This document shows, one piece after another, positions 62,189-64,000 of a stretch of 64,000 nucleotides of DNA; within the stretch, counting starts at the first letter, position 1, and each line of letters begins with the position of its first letter. The notes beneath the pieces were generated by a model. It made no database searches and was not told the origin of the DNA. It saw nothing but the letters and a program-made list of their open reading frames with translations. Both the position numbers and the translations under genes were made by a program. Origin of the DNA: Fistulifera solaris (lineage: Eukaryota); contig AP026149.1 in the NCBI GenBank assembly GCA_030295235.1, positions 1-64,000 on the forward strand, in the 5' to 3' direction.

Positions 62189-63166
62189 ATTGACATTCCA
62201 ATAAAATTTCTTTGACGCACACACTTTTCAATAATTTGGAAGAAATCATCCATCATTATTGTTAGGACACAGCTATCCCTTTTTGGTACGGAACATGAAT
62301 AAAAACAATGTTATTGAGCCAAGGAAACGCTTCCATTGCAGCAACAACCTATTTTCGAAGCGTTTCAACGAAGCTGGTCAAAATGTTGCTTTCTGCCACT
62401 GGCGATGATGGCATGGCTGTTATGTTGGATTCACACGATTTTGTGATTTGGCCAGCGACTTCGTCGAAGAGAAAGGTAAGTCATCAACGAAGATTATCAA
62501 CAAGAACTTTAGATTGTTAATAACATAACTGTACTATAATCATTGTTTTATTTACTTATCACTATTGTTGTTGTTCAATTCCGATAGCGACCCATCCGAC
62601 AAACATCCGGCTCAAAGGAAAGCAAACGGCAAAACAATTGACCTTTAAGGGCATCCATCGACAGCCTCTGACAAAGCAGTCAACCCATCAGTCCGAAAGC
62701 CTATAAAATGGCGAGCAAATGCATCAAGGAACTGAATCACAGTTGCACGACCGGTCAAACCAATCGCACAACGACGCCATGAAGCGATGGTAACTCTTAC
62801 CGCGTCGGATGTCGCGATCAAATAGCCAAAGAACAAAGCAAATGCAAGGGAAGGAAATACAATCAAACGATAGCATTGAAAGATTTATAAAAACAATTGC
62901 AAAACAAACATTATCCACAACGACCCCTGGGTGACAATTATGAGACGACCAAATGATGGAGCCGACGGAGAATCATGACGAAGATTGTTTTTGAATTTTA
63001 TGTTGTATACGTTCCGTTGTCCGCAATTGCGTAGGATAAGTAAGACGAAATAATAAATAATGAAGTTATGGAGGAATGATTGTTTTGCGGATCGGAATGT
63101 CAAATTGGCGCCAATTAATCAGTGGGGTTTGAATGCCGGATGGTACGATGGAAGCGATTCGGTTAG

Positions 63167-63254
63167 GACTGGAACATCGTCACCCAGCTTCCTTCGTACG
63201 TTGACGAACGACTGGAACATCGTCACCCAGCTTCCTTCGTACGTTGACGAACGA
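63167..63254 (+). repeat. Perfect 43-bp tandem duplication
   Basis: GACTGGAACATCGTCACCCAGCTTCCTTCGTACGTTGACGAAC x2. Confidence 0.9.
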
Positions 63255-64000
63255 TGGATTGGGGGTACAGCTGTTTGCTTCCGGTCACTAACCTGTGTAA
63301 AATTCGTAGAAAATGTACCTGATGGTACAAAATCTACGTGCCATTTTCGAGTAGGAGCTAAGTCTTCATGACGAAAGTCCATGATTTGACTGAAAAATCA
63401 TTTGTTTCAGAAAATAAATTTTATCATGCTGACACTAATCATTGTTGACAGCAATTTCTTGTAATCAATTCTTTTAAAACCTACCCTTTTTTTGAACAAA
63501 TGGTCTGTTTCATAATCACTCTCAGTCCCGAGTCAGTCACGCATCGTCACACAACCGGAAGACTCCTCCTTTTCGCGCAAAATCTCGCTCTTCTTGCAAC
63601 ATGCCCTCATTAACATTCTTGTTCAAGTTTCTGCATTTTTAGCAAATGTCATGATAAAGTAAGTTTGAATTACATGCAATTGGTACACCCTGTGAGCGCT
63701 GAATTTAGTCGGTTTCATCCTCTGTTTCGCTCTCTGACGGCAAATAATCAGGCAGCTCGAACTCGTCCGTATCGTCACTTTCGTCTTCATCATCGATTTC
63801 GTGTTCCGCAATGAGTGATAACCCCTTCTTTTTTGTTGATGTATTGTTTTTGTCAGTTGTTGTTTTTACGGCCATCTTAACAAAGCCTGCATCGAAGTCC
63901 AACGCACAGCGGTGTGTCTTGAATTTTTCATGACGCGTTCGATTTCAAAGTGCGAAATGGTGATTGTTTTCTTTCCTTTAAGCTTTCCTTGATCTCGTTT

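Noticed and set aside
63167..63254. CRISPR-like repeat
   Set aside because: Only two abutting units with no spacers, in a eukaryotic context.
1..64000. Frameshifts in many genes as pseudogenisation or programmed frameshifting
   Set aside because: They affect conserved host genes (PI4K, SLC4, S28) and fall at different positions in the two otherwise identical Copia copies, which is typical of unpolished long-read indels.
62194..64000. Coding or transposase content in the final 1.8 kb
   Set aside because: Only short ORFs (one acidic 65-aa stretch) with no motif I can assign.

Overview
Eukaryotic chromosome end, most likely from a diatom or other stramenopile. This is inferred from CoDi-type Copia elements, a CryptonS-like recombinase, an SLC4 gene with CCRE-like motifs, DUF285 and short GT-AG introns. 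The window opens with a (CCCTAA)n telomere. A 5'-truncated CRE-clade RT/RLE non-LTR retrotransposon sits at the telomere-subtelomere junction with an apparent 23-bp target-site duplication, followed by a Crypton-like tyrosine-recombinase element. The rest is gene-dense host sequence: DUF285, BRO1, GT23 fucosyltransferase, VTI1-like SNARE, PI4-kinase, PPi-PFK, HMG-box, MFS, SLC4, WW, FAD oxidoreductase and S28 peptidase. Four more transposons interrupt it: a 1-kb element with 284-bp TIRs; a three-LTR tandem Copia array with TA...TA ends that splits an ankyrin gene; a gag+RNaseH-only Copia derivative; and a full-length Copia whose PBS position is complementary to its own LTR (candidate tRNA-independent self-priming). 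Single-base indels are pervasive even in conserved host genes and are probably long-read errors, so frameshifts are not treated as pseudogenisation and many CDS limits are approximate.
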